From a virus: a DNA stretch of 64,000 bases. Below the pieces are notes generated by a model, which had not been told where the DNA came from, made no database searches, and worked only from the letters and a program-made list of their open reading frames with translations. The position numbers and the translations under genes are program-made. The stretch is taken from positions 64,001-128,000 of the IMG/VR virus record IMGVR_UViG_3300031992_000005. One strand, written 5' to 3'. Shown here one piece after another: positions 1 to 8,746 of this stretch. Numbering within the stretch: position 1 is the first letter of the stretch; every line of letters starts with the position of its first letter.

Positions 1-7
1 TTCCAAT

Positions 8-577
8 TCATTTTTCTTTTGGTTTTCTAAAACTTTCTTTAAGATCAAATCCATGAGCCTCTATTTTCTGATCATTAGACTGTATCATTACAGGACCTTT
101 AGGATTTCCATACAAATCTTTAAGTAAACAAGCTTTACGTTCACTCAAGTTTTCGATCTTATAAGGGATAGCATCATCGAAAATTCTATTAACAACCTCG
201 AATAAGTCGTTTATAAAATGGTCTTCAAAACCAATTTTATCAACTATCTCCCAAGGTCTCAGGTCAACTCCGATACTAACTCCATTACTGCTACTTATAT
301 AAGTAATAGTGTACCTACAATTTCCTAGTAGGTTAATATACCAGTTAGTATAAACCCTAGATTGACCTGAAGCTGAACGATTCAGCTGATTCTCATAACC
401 TATATAATAAAAGCCTAAGGGAGATTTTTTCTTAACCTTTTTATAATTGCTAGGATTGTAACGAATTTGATAATATCTATCTGAATGTTCAAACTCAATG
501 CTGGATTTGTTACTAATACTTCCAACAAGTTTTTTTATCACTATGTGATTTTTATTGAATAATGTGATTTCTTTCAT
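8..577 (-). CDS. hypothetical protein (189 aa)
   Basis: Intact ATG ORF from the track. It is the lone minus-strand gene at the left edge. No motif recognised. Confidence 0.5.
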   Translation of the reverse strand: MKEITLFNKNHIVIKKLVGSISNKSSIEFEHSDRYYQIRYNPSNYKKVKKKSPLGFYYIGYENQLNRSASGQSRVYTNWYINLLGNCRYTITYISSSNGVSIGVDLRPWEIVDKIGFEDHFINDLFEVVNRIFDDAIPYKIENLSERKACLLKDLYGNPKGPVMIQSNDQKIEAHGFDLKESFRKPKEK

Positions 578-651
578 AACATTTATAAAGCTTTTAACGG
601 AACTGGACTCTGTATTACTTTAATTCCTTAATCTTGTTAAGGGTTAAAATT

Positions 652-1017
652 ATGTTTTCAACTTTATTAGAAATTCAATTTGATGAGGAATTAGAAAATA
701 TCTACGTACGGAAATATTTTCCAAAAATTCCCTCTAAATACTCCTGGGATCTCACAAATCTATGGGCTAATAATGTATTCTCAGTGAGAGAAGGTCGAGT
801 AACAGTTTGGTGGTTTAAAGATTGTTATAAAATAAAACCTAGGTTGAGTTTTTATCTTTGTCATAACGTCTTAGGTACACATGTTTGTCTTTCAAGAGAT
901 ACACTAGATAAAGAATTTTATCATATAAGTACAATATACGAAGCAAATACTAGGTTCGTATTTTATGAATACACAAGAAACTGTTGCTTGTATACTGGCA
1001 AATTAATTGAATTATAA
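652..1017 (+). CDS. hypothetical protein (121 aa)
   Basis: The track ORF 634..1017 starts at a non-ATG codon. The first ATG is at 652 (MFSTLLEIQ..). No motif recognised. Confidence 0.45.
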   Translation: MFSTLLEIQFDEELENIYVRKYFPKIPSKYSWDLTNLWANNVFSVREGRVTVWWFKDCYKIKPRLSFYLCHNVLGTHVCLSRDTLDKEFYHISTIYEANTRFVFYEYTRNCCLYTGKLIEL

Positions 1018-1018
1018 T

Positions 1019-1039
1019 CCCCATAAAACCTTATAAGTG
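1019..1039 (+). promoter_or_regulatory. copy of phage promoter-like motif
   Basis: ccccataaaaccttataagtg lies 19 nt upstream of the ATG at 1058. It matches the recurrent CCCTTAAAnCCTTATATATG motif. Confidence 0.35.
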
Positions 1040-1057
1040 TACAAAAACTTAAACTTT

Positions 1058-1516
1058 ATGAAAACTAAAGAGAAATCAGGATTAGTGTTGGTAAGACCAC
1101 TTCCAAAAAAGAAAAAAACTTGCGAAGTTGTTAAGTTCAACGAAAAGGGACAGCAACCTACTACAACGAAAAAGAGTAAGATTGACGACCTGAAGCTAGA
1201 AGACTATAAGAGTTTTCCGGAATGTCTTAAGGCTCTTTATCCGGAGCATAAGTTTAGCTATCGTAACGGAGAAGACGGAAACTACTATACGATAATAGTT
1301 GATGGAGAAGAATCTGATATTACTCTATTTGGCTTCGAATTTATGCCTTCGGAACTAACCCCTGAGGTTGATCAGAGTAATTGGAGAGATTATCTCTTCC
1401 AGATCAACTGCTTCATTGTCGATCTTTACCTAATGGGAGAGAAAACCGATCTTAATGAGGAGGATGTTTACTTCGATGACCCTATGATCGATCCAATCGC
1501 CTTTTTTGATGTATAA
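1058..1516 (+). CDS. hypothetical acidic protein
   Basis: The GTG at 1037 in the track ORF lies inside the promoter motif, so the ATG at 1058 (MKTKEKSG..) is preferred. The C-terminus is acidic. Confidence 0.5.
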   Translation: MKTKEKSGLVLVRPLPKKKKTCEVVKFNEKGQQPTTTKKSKIDDLKLEDYKSFPECLKALYPEHKFSYRNGEDGNYYTIIVDGEESDITLFGFEFMPSELTPEVDQSNWRDYLFQINCFIVDLYLMGEKTDLNEEDVYFDDPMIDPIAFFDV

Positions 1517-1564
1517 AACTCTGTTACAGTCCTTAGAAGACCTTACTAAAAAGAAACCACAGTT

Positions 1565-2353
1565 ATGAATAAGGACGCAGTATATGTAATGAAATCACAG
1601 GATAAGACAGCAATCACTATTATCCTGATGAATACTAAATTACCAGTATCAGAAAAAGTACATAAGGCAATCGACAGTCTTAAGACAGTTTCAGATTTAA
1701 TATTCGTATTCTCTGATAGGTTTAGTGAATTTAATAAAGGGATCGATATTCCTAAATTTACTAACTTATATGAGGGATCATTTATTGTAGGTTCCGGACA
1801 AAATGTCATTTTCCCAGTCTTAGAGGCTATCAGTTATTCAGTGAATATCTTTAAGTGTAGAACAATAGTTATCACGGATATTGATAAGCTAGATAAGGGA
1901 AGTGATGTGACTAACCCAGAATGCTTACAAAAATTTACGAATCTGAATGCATCTTCCGTCATAAACCCGATCTTATCTATAGATAGACAGACTTCTAAAG
2001 ACCTATTTGAAATCTATCATACTATGGATACTATTTCGGGAAAAGAGAGGAAAAAGTTCTGGAAATTTTGGGAAGAAGAAAAGAAGCTGGATGAAGTTCC
2101 AACTTCACCTGATAGAAAAAATAGTTTATACCAATCAAGTAGTCAATTCATATTTCTACGAGGATATACTGCAAGGATATTATTCCCTGAAGTAGTATCT
2201 TCAAGAGAAGAAGGTAAAGAGGAGTTTGATGAATATGTTAAAACTTTCAGCGAACCAAATCTAAATTACTTCTTTGCGTCAATAATAAAGACTAGAGGTA
2301 TGGAGTACATTGATGGTGACTTCTTAAATATAAATTTCAATGGAAATTCATAA
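1565..2353 (+). CDS. hypothetical protein (262 aa)
   Basis: Long ATG ORF in a co-directional train. The nested ORFs 1546..1809(-) and 2007..2195 are judged spurious. Confidence 0.6.
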   Translation: MNKDAVYVMKSQDKTAITIILMNTKLPVSEKVHKAIDSLKTVSDLIFVFSDRFSEFNKGIDIPKFTNLYEGSFIVGSGQNVIFPVLEAISYSVNIFKCRTIVITDIDKLDKGSDVTNPECLQKFTNLNASSVINPILSIDRQTSKDLFEIYHTMDTISGKERKKFWKFWEEEKKLDEVPTSPDRKNSLYQSSSQFIFLRGYTARILFPEVVSSREEGKEEFDEYVKTFSEPNLNYFFASIIKTRGMEYIDGDFLNINFNGNS

Positions 2354-2657
2354 ACAGAAGGGACACAATAGTGCATTCCCAGAAAAAATATTAACTTGGA
2401 AAAAGGGACAAAAAGTACCTGAATGGCTAAGCGATAAAGCGAAAGTTGTGGCTATCAACGGAATAGATGGGTCAGCCATACTTGGTACTAGAAATACTAG
2501 CTCTGGGGGAATCGAAATACTCGATTCCTCTGGGACTAGGGTCCTCGTAAGAACCTCAGGAGTGGATGATCTTGTTTGTATTAATGCAGATAACTTGATA
2601 TCAACTCCTTTTGTTCTTACTCCCATACAATTAAGTTTACTATATGAACGAAATTAA
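2340..2657 (+). CDS. hypothetical protein (105 aa)
   Basis: ORF overlapping its upstream neighbour by 14 nt. No motif recognised. Confidence 0.5.
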   Translation: MEIHKQKGHNSAFPEKILTWKKGQKVPEWLSDKAKVVAINGIDGSAILGTRNTSSGGIEILDSSGTRVLVRTSGVDDLVCINADNLISTPFVLTPIQLSLLYERN

Positions 2658-2946
2658 TGACATTTTCTCATTCTTAGATCATTCGATGGAGTGGTTAAAG
2701 AAAAGAGAAGTAACTAAAACTTCTGTTATAATAGAAGAATTGAAGAAGGCAAAAGAAATCCTACAAAAGGATTCTATAGATGACGATCTTAAGCTCTCCT
2801 ATTATAATAATATCAAAGAGAAATTCTTAGAGGTATCGAATAAGATGATTGAATTAAGTCAATTAGAAGACTCCCTATTAACAGCCTTTAGAATACTAGA
2901 AGAGAATGAGATCGATGATAGTGATAGTGAAGAGACTATCGAATAA
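2644..2946 (+). CDS. hypothetical acidic/coiled-coil protein (100 aa)
   Basis: ATG ORF with a short overlap to its neighbour. Rich in E/K/D. Confidence 0.5.
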   Translation: MNEINDIFSFLDHSMEWLKKREVTKTSVIIEELKKAKEILQKDSIDDDLKLSYYNNIKEKFLEVSNKMIELSQLEDSLLTAFRILEENEIDDSDSEETIE

Positions 2947-3298
2947 TACATTTCGATTTTATTGTAAAAATGCAGATCGTGAGAGTTATAGAGAGTTATC
3001 AAATTACCGTTTTGACAAAGAGGAGGATAATAATATCATCACGATAATGGAGTCCGAAAATAATTTCCCAGATTATAAAATATCTCCAAATATATATTTT
3101 ATAATAATTCGGGAAAATGACTTTCTTTGGAAATTTGGAAAACTATCTGGTTACAATAACTATAACTTGGAAGAACAACTTCAGCTTCTCACAAGTAACA
3201 ATAAAGTCGCAAAAATAAAAAAAGCAAAATTAGTTGAAGTAAACAAAAACAATATAGTATATGAATTTAATTATAAAGTGTCCGATTTGTGGACATGA
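2906..3298 (+). CDS. hypothetical protein (start uncertain)
   Basis: ORF from the track. It overlaps the previous gene by 41 nt, so the true start may lie further downstream. Confidence 0.4.
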   Translation: MRSMIVIVKRLSNNTFRFYCKNADRESYRELSNYRFDKEEDNNIITIMESENNFPDYKISPNIYFIIIRENDFLWKFGKLSGYNNYNLEEQLQLLTSNNKVAKIKKAKLVEVNKNNIVYEFNYKVSDLWT

Positions 3299-3626
3299 AA
3301 TGAAATTAGAAATAAAAGAATTACCAGAAGAGTCTATGTTCTTTGAGATTCTTCCAGCCGTTAGATACGCAGAAGCTAGTTGCCCAGAGTGTAATACTTG
3401 TTATAAGGGAAAACTACACGAAGAGGGTTCAAAGGAATATGAAGATCAAGAGTTCATGGCAAAAGAGGTACTAGAACGCATAGCTGAATTTGAAAAAGTT
3501 TCTAAAAAGATTAACCTACGAAAACTTGGTGCATTAATCCTTCAGCGTTATATGGCAGAAAAAACAGATGAATCCGAAATAACAGAAAAGGGTCTAATGG
3601 ACATTTTCGGATTTGAAAAATTCTAA
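3261..3626 (+). CDS. zinc-ribbon protein
   Basis: Two CxxC pairs (CPICGHEM ... CPECNTCY) near the N-terminus. Confidence 0.5.
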   Translation: MNLIIKCPICGHEMKLEIKELPEESMFFEILPAVRYAEASCPECNTCYKGKLHEEGSKEYEDQEFMAKEVLERIAEFEKVSKKINLRKLGALILQRYMAEKTDESEITEKGLMDIFGFEKF

Positions 3627-3637
3627 GAATCTCAGAA

Positions 3638-3658
3638 CCCCTTAAAATCTTATATATG
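3638..3658 (+). promoter_or_regulatory. copy of phage promoter-like motif
   Basis: ccccttaaaatcttatatatg sits directly after the stop of 3261..3626. It faces an ORF-free stretch of about 530 nt. Confidence 0.45.
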
Positions 3659-3659
3659 T

Positions 3660-4190
3660 GGATAAGGATAAGATATAGTTAAGGAAACTTAACAAGAGGA
3701 AAAATAATTAACCTGCATAGGATAATTATCTATTACTCATATCTTCTCCTTAGAAGCATAATCTAATTAAACATAAAACCTGAAATTTATATTATGACAC
3801 AAAACAACAGTATACTATAATCCGAAATCGGACGAACCGGGGTCTTACTACGGAGTGCTTCTTCAAGGGGAGTGTAGTAAGTGAAGAGTCCCAGGATAAA
3901 ACCGCTTGGGTGGAGTGATAAAAAATGGCTCTTATAGTATACGATGACACAATAACATCGCACAACAAAACTTAGTTCAAGTGGGCCAGAACAGCTTGAT
4001 ATTAACTATCAAGGAGAAACCTGTTGGAATCAGGTAGAGGAGTTGTGCTTTTAGTTGGTTGGATTATCACAAAATTAAAAAAAAAATAGGACGAAACAAT
4101 AATCTGTAAAATAGCTAGTGGTACTTTAGGTAACGCTACCTATAACCAACACCATGAAGATCAAGCTGCATAGTTTGATCATTTTTTTTA
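3660..4190 (+). ncRNA. candidate structured non-coding RNA (class not identified)
   Basis: No ORF of 60 aa or more on either strand in an otherwise gap-free genome. The stretch is bounded by a promoter motif (3638..3658) and a hairpin plus T8 (4159..4189). Perfect 11-bp long-range pairing joins gtatactataa (3810..3820) to ttatagtatac (3932..3942) and encloses a nested cttactac/gtagtaag helix. Further hairpins are cttgata/tatcaag and acctg/caggt. Confidence 0.45.
4159..4189 (+). terminator. putative intrinsic terminator
   Basis: gatcaa..ttgatc stem followed by a T8 run. Confidence 0.45.
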
Positions 4191-4201
4191 TTCTCTTTTT
4201 T

Positions 4202-4225
4202 CATCCACTTAAGTCCTTATTTTTG
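4202..4225 (+). promoter_or_regulatory. copy of phage promoter-like motif
   Basis: catccacttaagtccttatttttg lies 23 nt upstream of the ATG at 4248. Its 3' end TATTTTTG fits TAnnTTTG. Confidence 0.4.
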
Positions 4226-4247
4226 TATTATAAAATAAAAAAATATT

Positions 4248-4727
4248 ATGAACAATAGAAATTATTTAGGATTCTTAAAAGAAAAACAGCAATTGTTTAA
4301 TAGAATTGGAATCAAGTGTAAAAGTTTAGATGAACAAGTTTACAAGCTTGAACAAAATGAAAAAGATCTAAGTATTCTTGTAGAAGATCTCAGCGAAAGA
4401 GTTCCATTCAGGCCATTAGTGAAATGTGGAGTAGTAGGTTACCCATTCATCTTAGTGGGAATTGATGTAACTCATGAGAATGTTGCAGTACAGTTGATAA
4501 ATACTTTCAACCATATAAAATTTGAAACAACAATCGATAAGGTAAGACTGTACTTGAGATCTCTAGAGAATATGACAGAGGAAGAAAAACTGGAGGAAGA
4601 AAGACTCCATGATCCTCGAATCTGTATCTCTGAATTAATAACATTCTATAAGAAGAATAACCTCGATTATAGAGGCCTTATCCCAAGAGGTCTTGCAATC
4701 GAACAAATCCCAGAAAACCATGAATAA
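4248..4727 (+). CDS. FamA paralog, divergent (159 aa)
   Basis: Carries VRLYLRSLENMTEEEK and the C-terminal NNLDYRGLIPRGLAIEQ blocks of the 13-23 kb family. The N-terminal block is not conserved. Confidence 0.6.
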   Translation: MNNRNYLGFLKEKQQLFNRIGIKCKSLDEQVYKLEQNEKDLSILVEDLSERVPFRPLVKCGVVGYPFILVGIDVTHENVAVQLINTFNHIKFETTIDKVRLYLRSLENMTEEEKLEEERLHDPRICISELITFYKKNNLDYRGLIPRGLAIEQIPENHE

Positions 4728-4845
4728 GTTATTACAACAACTTTGCGAGGAATTACCTAATTATTCTACAGGTAAAGACGGTAAGCCTTACTTAAGGCCA
4801 TTAACTAACATGACCGAAGAAGAATTAAGGACATTTCGAATTTAA
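4720..4845 (+). CDS. FamA mini-paralog or truncated relic (41 aa)
   Basis: Hand-translated as MNKLLQQLCEELPNYSTGKDGKPYLRPLTNMTEEELRTFRI*. It keeps the N block and the YLRP..MTEEE block only. It is wedged exactly between its neighbours, below the ORF-track cutoff. Confidence 0.35.
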   Translation: MNKLLQQLCEELPNYSTGKDGKPYLRPLTNMTEEELRTFRI

Positions 4846-5082
4846 GTGATGACTCTTGTAAAAAAATTAGGAGAAAAGTTATATAACTGGACAAATAAAA
4901 ACCTACACTTCCTAATTGGTATTGCAATAATAGGAATTGTCTGTTCTATTATTGGACACTATGGAACAATGGGATTTGATCTCAGGTGGTTTTTTGGATT
5001 TGAATTACCATTATACCTATTTCTCCTTTGGGCTATTTTTAAAATAATGAAAATTTTTAAAAATAATGGATCAAAAAGATAA
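4846..5082 (+). CDS. small membrane protein (about 78 aa)
   Basis: Two hydrophobic segments (FLIGIAIIGIVCSIIG, LPLYLFLLWAIF). Start is GTG 4846 or ATG 4849. Confidence 0.5.
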   Translation: MMTLVKKLGEKLYNWTNKNLHFLIGIAIIGIVCSIIGHYGTMGFDLRWFFGFELPLYLFLLWAIFKIMKIFKNNGSKR

Positions 5083-5527
5083 GGAAAAATTAATTCAGAT
5101 TATTTGTGCAATGTTTCCCTACGGTTTAAACTGCTACTACACAATAGATGAAAAGTGGCATAGTATTACCGGAGTAGAAAATGATGCGGTGAGGTTATTG
5201 GGATCTAACGGTCGTCATGAATTTGTTGAAAAGTGGGAAGGAGATCTAGATACAATCAAGATCGGACTTCGACCACTATCTACAATGACCGAAAAAGAGA
5301 AGGAAGAACTATATACAGATCCAGATACTGATTATCTTTGTCGTGCAACAGTAATTGTTCCAGAAAATGAAGAAATTTATTTTAGGTTTGTTGATACCAA
5401 AATCGAATTTCTTTATAAAAACGTTACATTCTTCTTTAAGAAGAAATTTGATATATTGGGTCTAATAGAACAAGGTTTAGCAAAAGAGTATAACTATGAT
5501 AATGATAAATCCTTGGGCAGGATATGA
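5066..5527 (+). CDS. FamA paralog, divergent (153 aa)
   Basis: LIQIICAMFPYGL, IGLRPLSTMTEKEKEE and FDILGLIEQGLAKE correspond to the three FamA blocks. Confidence 0.6.
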   Translation: MDQKDKEKLIQIICAMFPYGLNCYYTIDEKWHSITGVENDAVRLLGSNGRHEFVEKWEGDLDTIKIGLRPLSTMTEKEKEELYTDPDTDYLCRATVIVPENEEIYFRFVDTKIEFLYKNVTFFFKKKFDILGLIEQGLAKEYNYDNDKSLGRI

Positions 5528-5804
5528 TCCAGATGATATACCTGACCTAAATCCTCATAGTAAAGAGGAGGAATATGGATGTATTGCAGGAATTATAGCA
5601 TTCTGTTTATCTTCTGCTATATTCATTGCACTTCAGGCAGTGATATTGAAGCTTAAATTAAGCGACACCATAGATACAAACATGCATATGGCCCTCATCT
5701 TAGTAAATATAATCATTTTTGTGATTATAACAATATGTTTTATGAAGCTGTCTTTTAAGATAGCTGATTATCTCTATGATAGAAATAAAAAGAAAAAATT
5801 ATGA
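5496..5804 (+). CDS. membrane protein (102 aa)
   Basis: Two long hydrophobic helices. ATGA overlap with the next gene. Confidence 0.5.
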   Translation: MIMINPWAGYDPDDIPDLNPHSKEEEYGCIAGIIAFCLSSAIFIALQAVILKLKLSDTIDTNMHMALILVNIIIFVIITICFMKLSFKIADYLYDRNKKKKL

Positions 5805-7840
5805 AAACAATAGAAGAAAAAGCAAAAGCTTATGATGAGTTCTTAAAAAGAGCAAAAGAACTATACAACAAAGACCACTATAAATCCGAAGACCTCAAAT
5901 ATATCTTTGGAGATGACCTGAAAGAAGAAAATGATGGGAAAAATTTAATAGAAACCCTCATTAACTTCTTCACTTCTTATAAGATCGAAAAAGTTGGAGA
6001 ATTTACAAGTGATCAGATAGTGGGCTGGCTGAAAAAGCAGCTTGAGAGACCAAAATATGAGTGGAGTGGGAAAATCACGTCCCGTAAAGCAAAAGGAAAG
6101 TTAAGTGCATTACTGAAAGATCTTGAGTCTCGGAAAAAGATCGACAATAGACCAATCTTTAGAATTGGCGATACACTCAAGAAAAAAGGAAAAGACTATA
6201 CTTTCACCGTTGATAGAATACAGGGCGGATATTATCACTGTGATCGCAATAATGGTGCCTTCTTTCCTATAGAGGAACAGTATGATTGGGAACTTATTGA
6301 TGATGGGAAAATATCCCCAAAATTTAAGGCCGGGGATTGGATCGTTTCACCAAATAATTTAGTTTTCAAAATTACTCATGCAAGTTCGCATAGCTACACA
6401 CTACATCTATATAACGATGATTATAGGATATTTGAAACTGAAAGTTGGCATATAGATAAAGAATATCACCTCTGGACTATTGCTGATGCAAAGCCCGGCG
6501 ATGTCCTTTACCATTCAGACAGTGCAAGCCACGGGATTTTCATCTTCAAGGGAATCCTCCAAATGGGGTTTAGTGAGAAGGTCACGTGCTATTGCGACTA
6601 TGATTCGGAAGATGGCTTCTGTATTGGTGAAAACCACACCTGTTGCTGGACAGACAGCAAGATTCTACATCCAGCAACCAAAGAACAGCAAAAAATTTTA
6701 TTCCAAAAAATGAAAGAAGCTGGGTGGACTTGGGATGATGAGAAGAAAGAGCTTGAACAGAAGTCTATAGATGAGGCTGAGTCGGAATTTAAGATTGGCG
6801 ACTGGATTACATTCTATGGATATAAGCCACTTAAAATACTTAAAATTGAACCAGAACAAAGTGGTATTTTGGATTATCTTTTATTAAACTTAAGTGGTCA
6901 TGACACTTATTATAATAAAAGACAAGTTGATAAAAAAGCAAGACTGTGGACAATAGAAGATGCCAAGGATGGTGATGTCCTTGCATCACACGAATGTTAC
7001 GTGAGATTCAAAGAAATTGATGGACCCAACATTAGGTGTTACTGCACGTATCATTATATGAATGATCCGAGTTTTAGTATAAATACCCTGCACAACAAGA
7101 GTGCCTTTCATCCAGCCACTAAAGAGGAATGTGAACTTTTATTCCAAAAAGCGAAAGAGGAAGGATATGAATGGGATAAAGAGCATAAGAATAGTGAAAC
7201 AGAAAATGAGACTGTTGAAAAGTTCATAGTTGGAAAATGGTATTTATGCATAAAGGATTTCTTTGGCAAGGGTGTTCGTTTCGATAAAGGGATTGCATAT
7301 TATTGCGCAAAAGAAGGATGTCTGCAATGTGAATATGGATGTCATATAGCGATCGTCAAAGATCTGTATGATTATTTCAAATTGTGGACAATCCAAGATG
7401 CCAAGGATGGAGATGTCCTTGTATCTACATGGAAAGGGAATCAATACATCTATATATTTAAAAATATAGAACATGATGCCATTATATCATACATCTATTA
7501 TTGTCCTAAATTTGACGAAGTGGATATAGATGCTGCTATCAATATGGATAACATCCCAACAGTTCCTGCAACAAAAGAACAACAGGAGTTGCTTTTCTCA
7601 AAAATAAAGGAAGAAGGTTACAAGTGGGATGATACTAAAAAATTAGAGGTAGATACGAACCAAAATAGTTCGTCCATTACTGAACAGAATCTTACTTGGA
7701 GTGAGGAAGATGAAGTTATGTGCCAGGAAACTATAGATTGGTTTGAACAGAAGTGTTTTCCTTATGCTTCAGAAGAAGAAAATCCTGCAAAGAAAAGTAT
7801 TCAGTGGCTCAAATCACTAAAACAAAAAATGGGAAAGTGA
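5801..7840 (+). CDS. modular repeat protein (679 aa; 3 full ModR modules)
   Basis: Three copies of FK.GDW..(about 45 aa)..LWTI.DAK.GDVL..(about 45 aa)..HPATKEQ..LF.K.KE.GY.WD. A WLKKQ/WLKSLKQ motif occurs near each end. Confidence 0.7.
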   Translation: MKTIEEKAKAYDEFLKRAKELYNKDHYKSEDLKYIFGDDLKEENDGKNLIETLINFFTSYKIEKVGEFTSDQIVGWLKKQLERPKYEWSGKITSRKAKGKLSALLKDLESRKKIDNRPIFRIGDTLKKKGKDYTFTVDRIQGGYYHCDRNNGAFFPIEEQYDWELIDDGKISPKFKAGDWIVSPNNLVFKITHASSHSYTLHLYNDDYRIFETESWHIDKEYHLWTIADAKPGDVLYHSDSASHGIFIFKGILQMGFSEKVTCYCDYDSEDGFCIGENHTCCWTDSKILHPATKEQQKILFQKMKEAGWTWDDEKKELEQKSIDEAESEFKIGDWITFYGYKPLKILKIEPEQSGILDYLLLNLSGHDTYYNKRQVDKKARLWTIEDAKDGDVLASHECYVRFKEIDGPNIRCYCTYHYMNDPSFSINTLHNKSAFHPATKEECELLFQKAKEEGYEWDKEHKNSETENETVEKFIVGKWYLCIKDFFGKGVRFDKGIAYYCAKEGCLQCEYGCHIAIVKDLYDYFKLWTIQDAKDGDVLVSTWKGNQYIYIFKNIEHDAIISYIYYCPKFDEVDIDAAINMDNIPTVPATKEQQELLFSKIKEEGYKWDDTKKLEVDTNQNSSSITEQNLTWSEEDEVMCQETIDWFEQKCFPYASEEENPAKKSIQWLKSLKQKMGK

Positions 7841-7844
7841 AATT

Positions 7845-8072
7845 ATGGAAACACCAGAGAAGATCTATATTCGTGTCAAAAACGGTAAAGTACTTAACAC
7901 ATGGAATAGTATGTGGAAAGGCGTTAATGACGTTGAGTACTTACGCAAGGATGCTTTTATGGAAAAAGTTTATAAATGTATTAAAGAGAACTTTCCGGAA
8001 ACAGACTCCCGTTTTGATGAAGATTTTACCGAAAAGTTAATCAGTTCTTTCCGTAAAGTAGTAGAAGAATAA
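7845..8072 (+). CDS. hypothetical protein (75 aa)
   Basis: ATG ORF immediately after the previous stop. Confidence 0.5.
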   Translation: METPEKIYIRVKNGKVLNTWNSMWKGVNDVEYLRKDAFMEKVYKCIKENFPETDSRFDEDFTEKLISSFRKVVEE

Positions 8073-8074
8073 TT

Positions 8075-8242
8075 ATGAAAGTAATTAAACAAAGGAATGA
8101 AAAAGAAGTTTCCTGTCCAAAATGTAAAACTACTTTTCTTTATGCACCACAAGACATATACCATACATCAGATTTAGACAATGAATGGTTTTATGCAGTG
8201 AAATGCCCGGAGTGTGGAAAGGAAATACAAATCAGAATATAA
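8075..8242 (+). CDS. zinc-ribbon mini-protein (55 aa)
   Basis: Hand-translated as MKVIKQRNEKEVSCPKCKTTF...VKCPECGKEIQIRI*. Below the track cutoff. Confidence 0.4.
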   Translation: MKVIKQRNEKEVSCPKCKTTFLYAPQDIYHTSDLDNEWFYAVKCPECGKEIQIRI

Positions 8243-8250
8243 ATTATAAA

Positions 8251-8418
8251 ATGGATATAGAGAATTTTAAATTAGTTATATGCGCTATTGCTCTTATAGC
8301 ATACGCCGCTTTAGTAGAATGTGGTGTCAAAAAAGCTAAAAGCAAAAAACTCAGAATATACCATATTGTTGAGTTAATTGGTATTTTGATAATATACTAT
8401 TTTCGTAGTAAAAATTAA
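8251..8418 (+). CDS. small membrane protein (55 aa)
   Basis: ATG at 8251 (MDIENFKLVICAIALIAYAALV..) within the track ORF 8185..8418. Confidence 0.4.
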   Translation: MDIENFKLVICAIALIAYAALVECGVKKAKSKKLRIYHIVELIGILIIYYFRSKN

Positions 8419-8431
8419 ATAATTAATAGTT

Positions 8432-8557
8432 ATGGAACCAAAAGAAAAAATCACATTGCCTCAATGGTTCTACGAAAAGTCAACCGAATTGAGGATAGAG
8501 TTTGACAGAAAGATGGACTATCTTATGGCAAAATTATATAACCTTGATAACAATTAA
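8432..8557 (+). CDS. small hypothetical protein (41 aa)
   Basis: Hand-translated as MEPKEKITLPQWFYEKS...LYNLDNN*. It fills an otherwise empty gap. Confidence 0.3.
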   Translation: MEPKEKITLPQWFYEKSTELRIEFDRKMDYLMAKLYNLDNN

Positions 8558-8561
8558 AAAT

Positions 8562-8735
8562 ATGATGCCTATGTTTCCACACCAACGACAACTAGTTAGA
8601 GCTCTTAGAACACTTATACCTCCTAATTGTGGGGATGGTAAGAAAATCGAAATAGTCAGTGTTTATGACCAAAGACCAGATGACTGGAATAGACCTGATT
8701 ATTTAAATTATGAGCACCTAAAACAATCAAAATAA
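8562..8735 (+). CDS. small hypothetical protein (57 aa)
   Basis: ATGATG at 8562 within the track ORF 8502..8735, which starts at a non-ATG codon. Confidence 0.35.
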   Translation: MMPMFPHQRQLVRALRTLIPPNCGDGKKIEIVSVYDQRPDDWNRPDYLNYEHLKQSK

Positions 8736-8746
8736 AAAGTATAGTT

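Noticed and set aside
3794-3959. MITE-like element: 11-bp inverted repeats (3810..3820 / 3932..3942) flanked by the direct repeat atgacacaa (3794..3802 / 3944..3952)
   Set aside because: The direct repeats are not immediately adjacent to the inverted repeats on the left side, where there is a 7-nt offset, and they diverge after 9 nt. The arrangement is explained more simply as a long-range RNA helix inside the candidate ncRNA.
4081-4110. Hammerhead ribozyme, prompted by taggacGAAACaat
   Set aside because: Only the CGAAAC half-core is present. No CUGAUGA box with appropriate flanking helices could be found nearby.
6480-6713. Nested or antisense track ORFs inside long genes. Examples: 6480..6713, 7244..7474, 10333..10653, 11495..11756, 44479..44763, 45748..45936, 49955..50161, 52216..52988, 53091..53306, 55022..55231, 58108..58407, 61115..61363, 61895..62128.
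   Set aside because: Each lies wholly within a longer ORF that has recognisable motifs or family membership. None has independent signals. In the repeat genes they simply reflect repeat periodicity in other frames.
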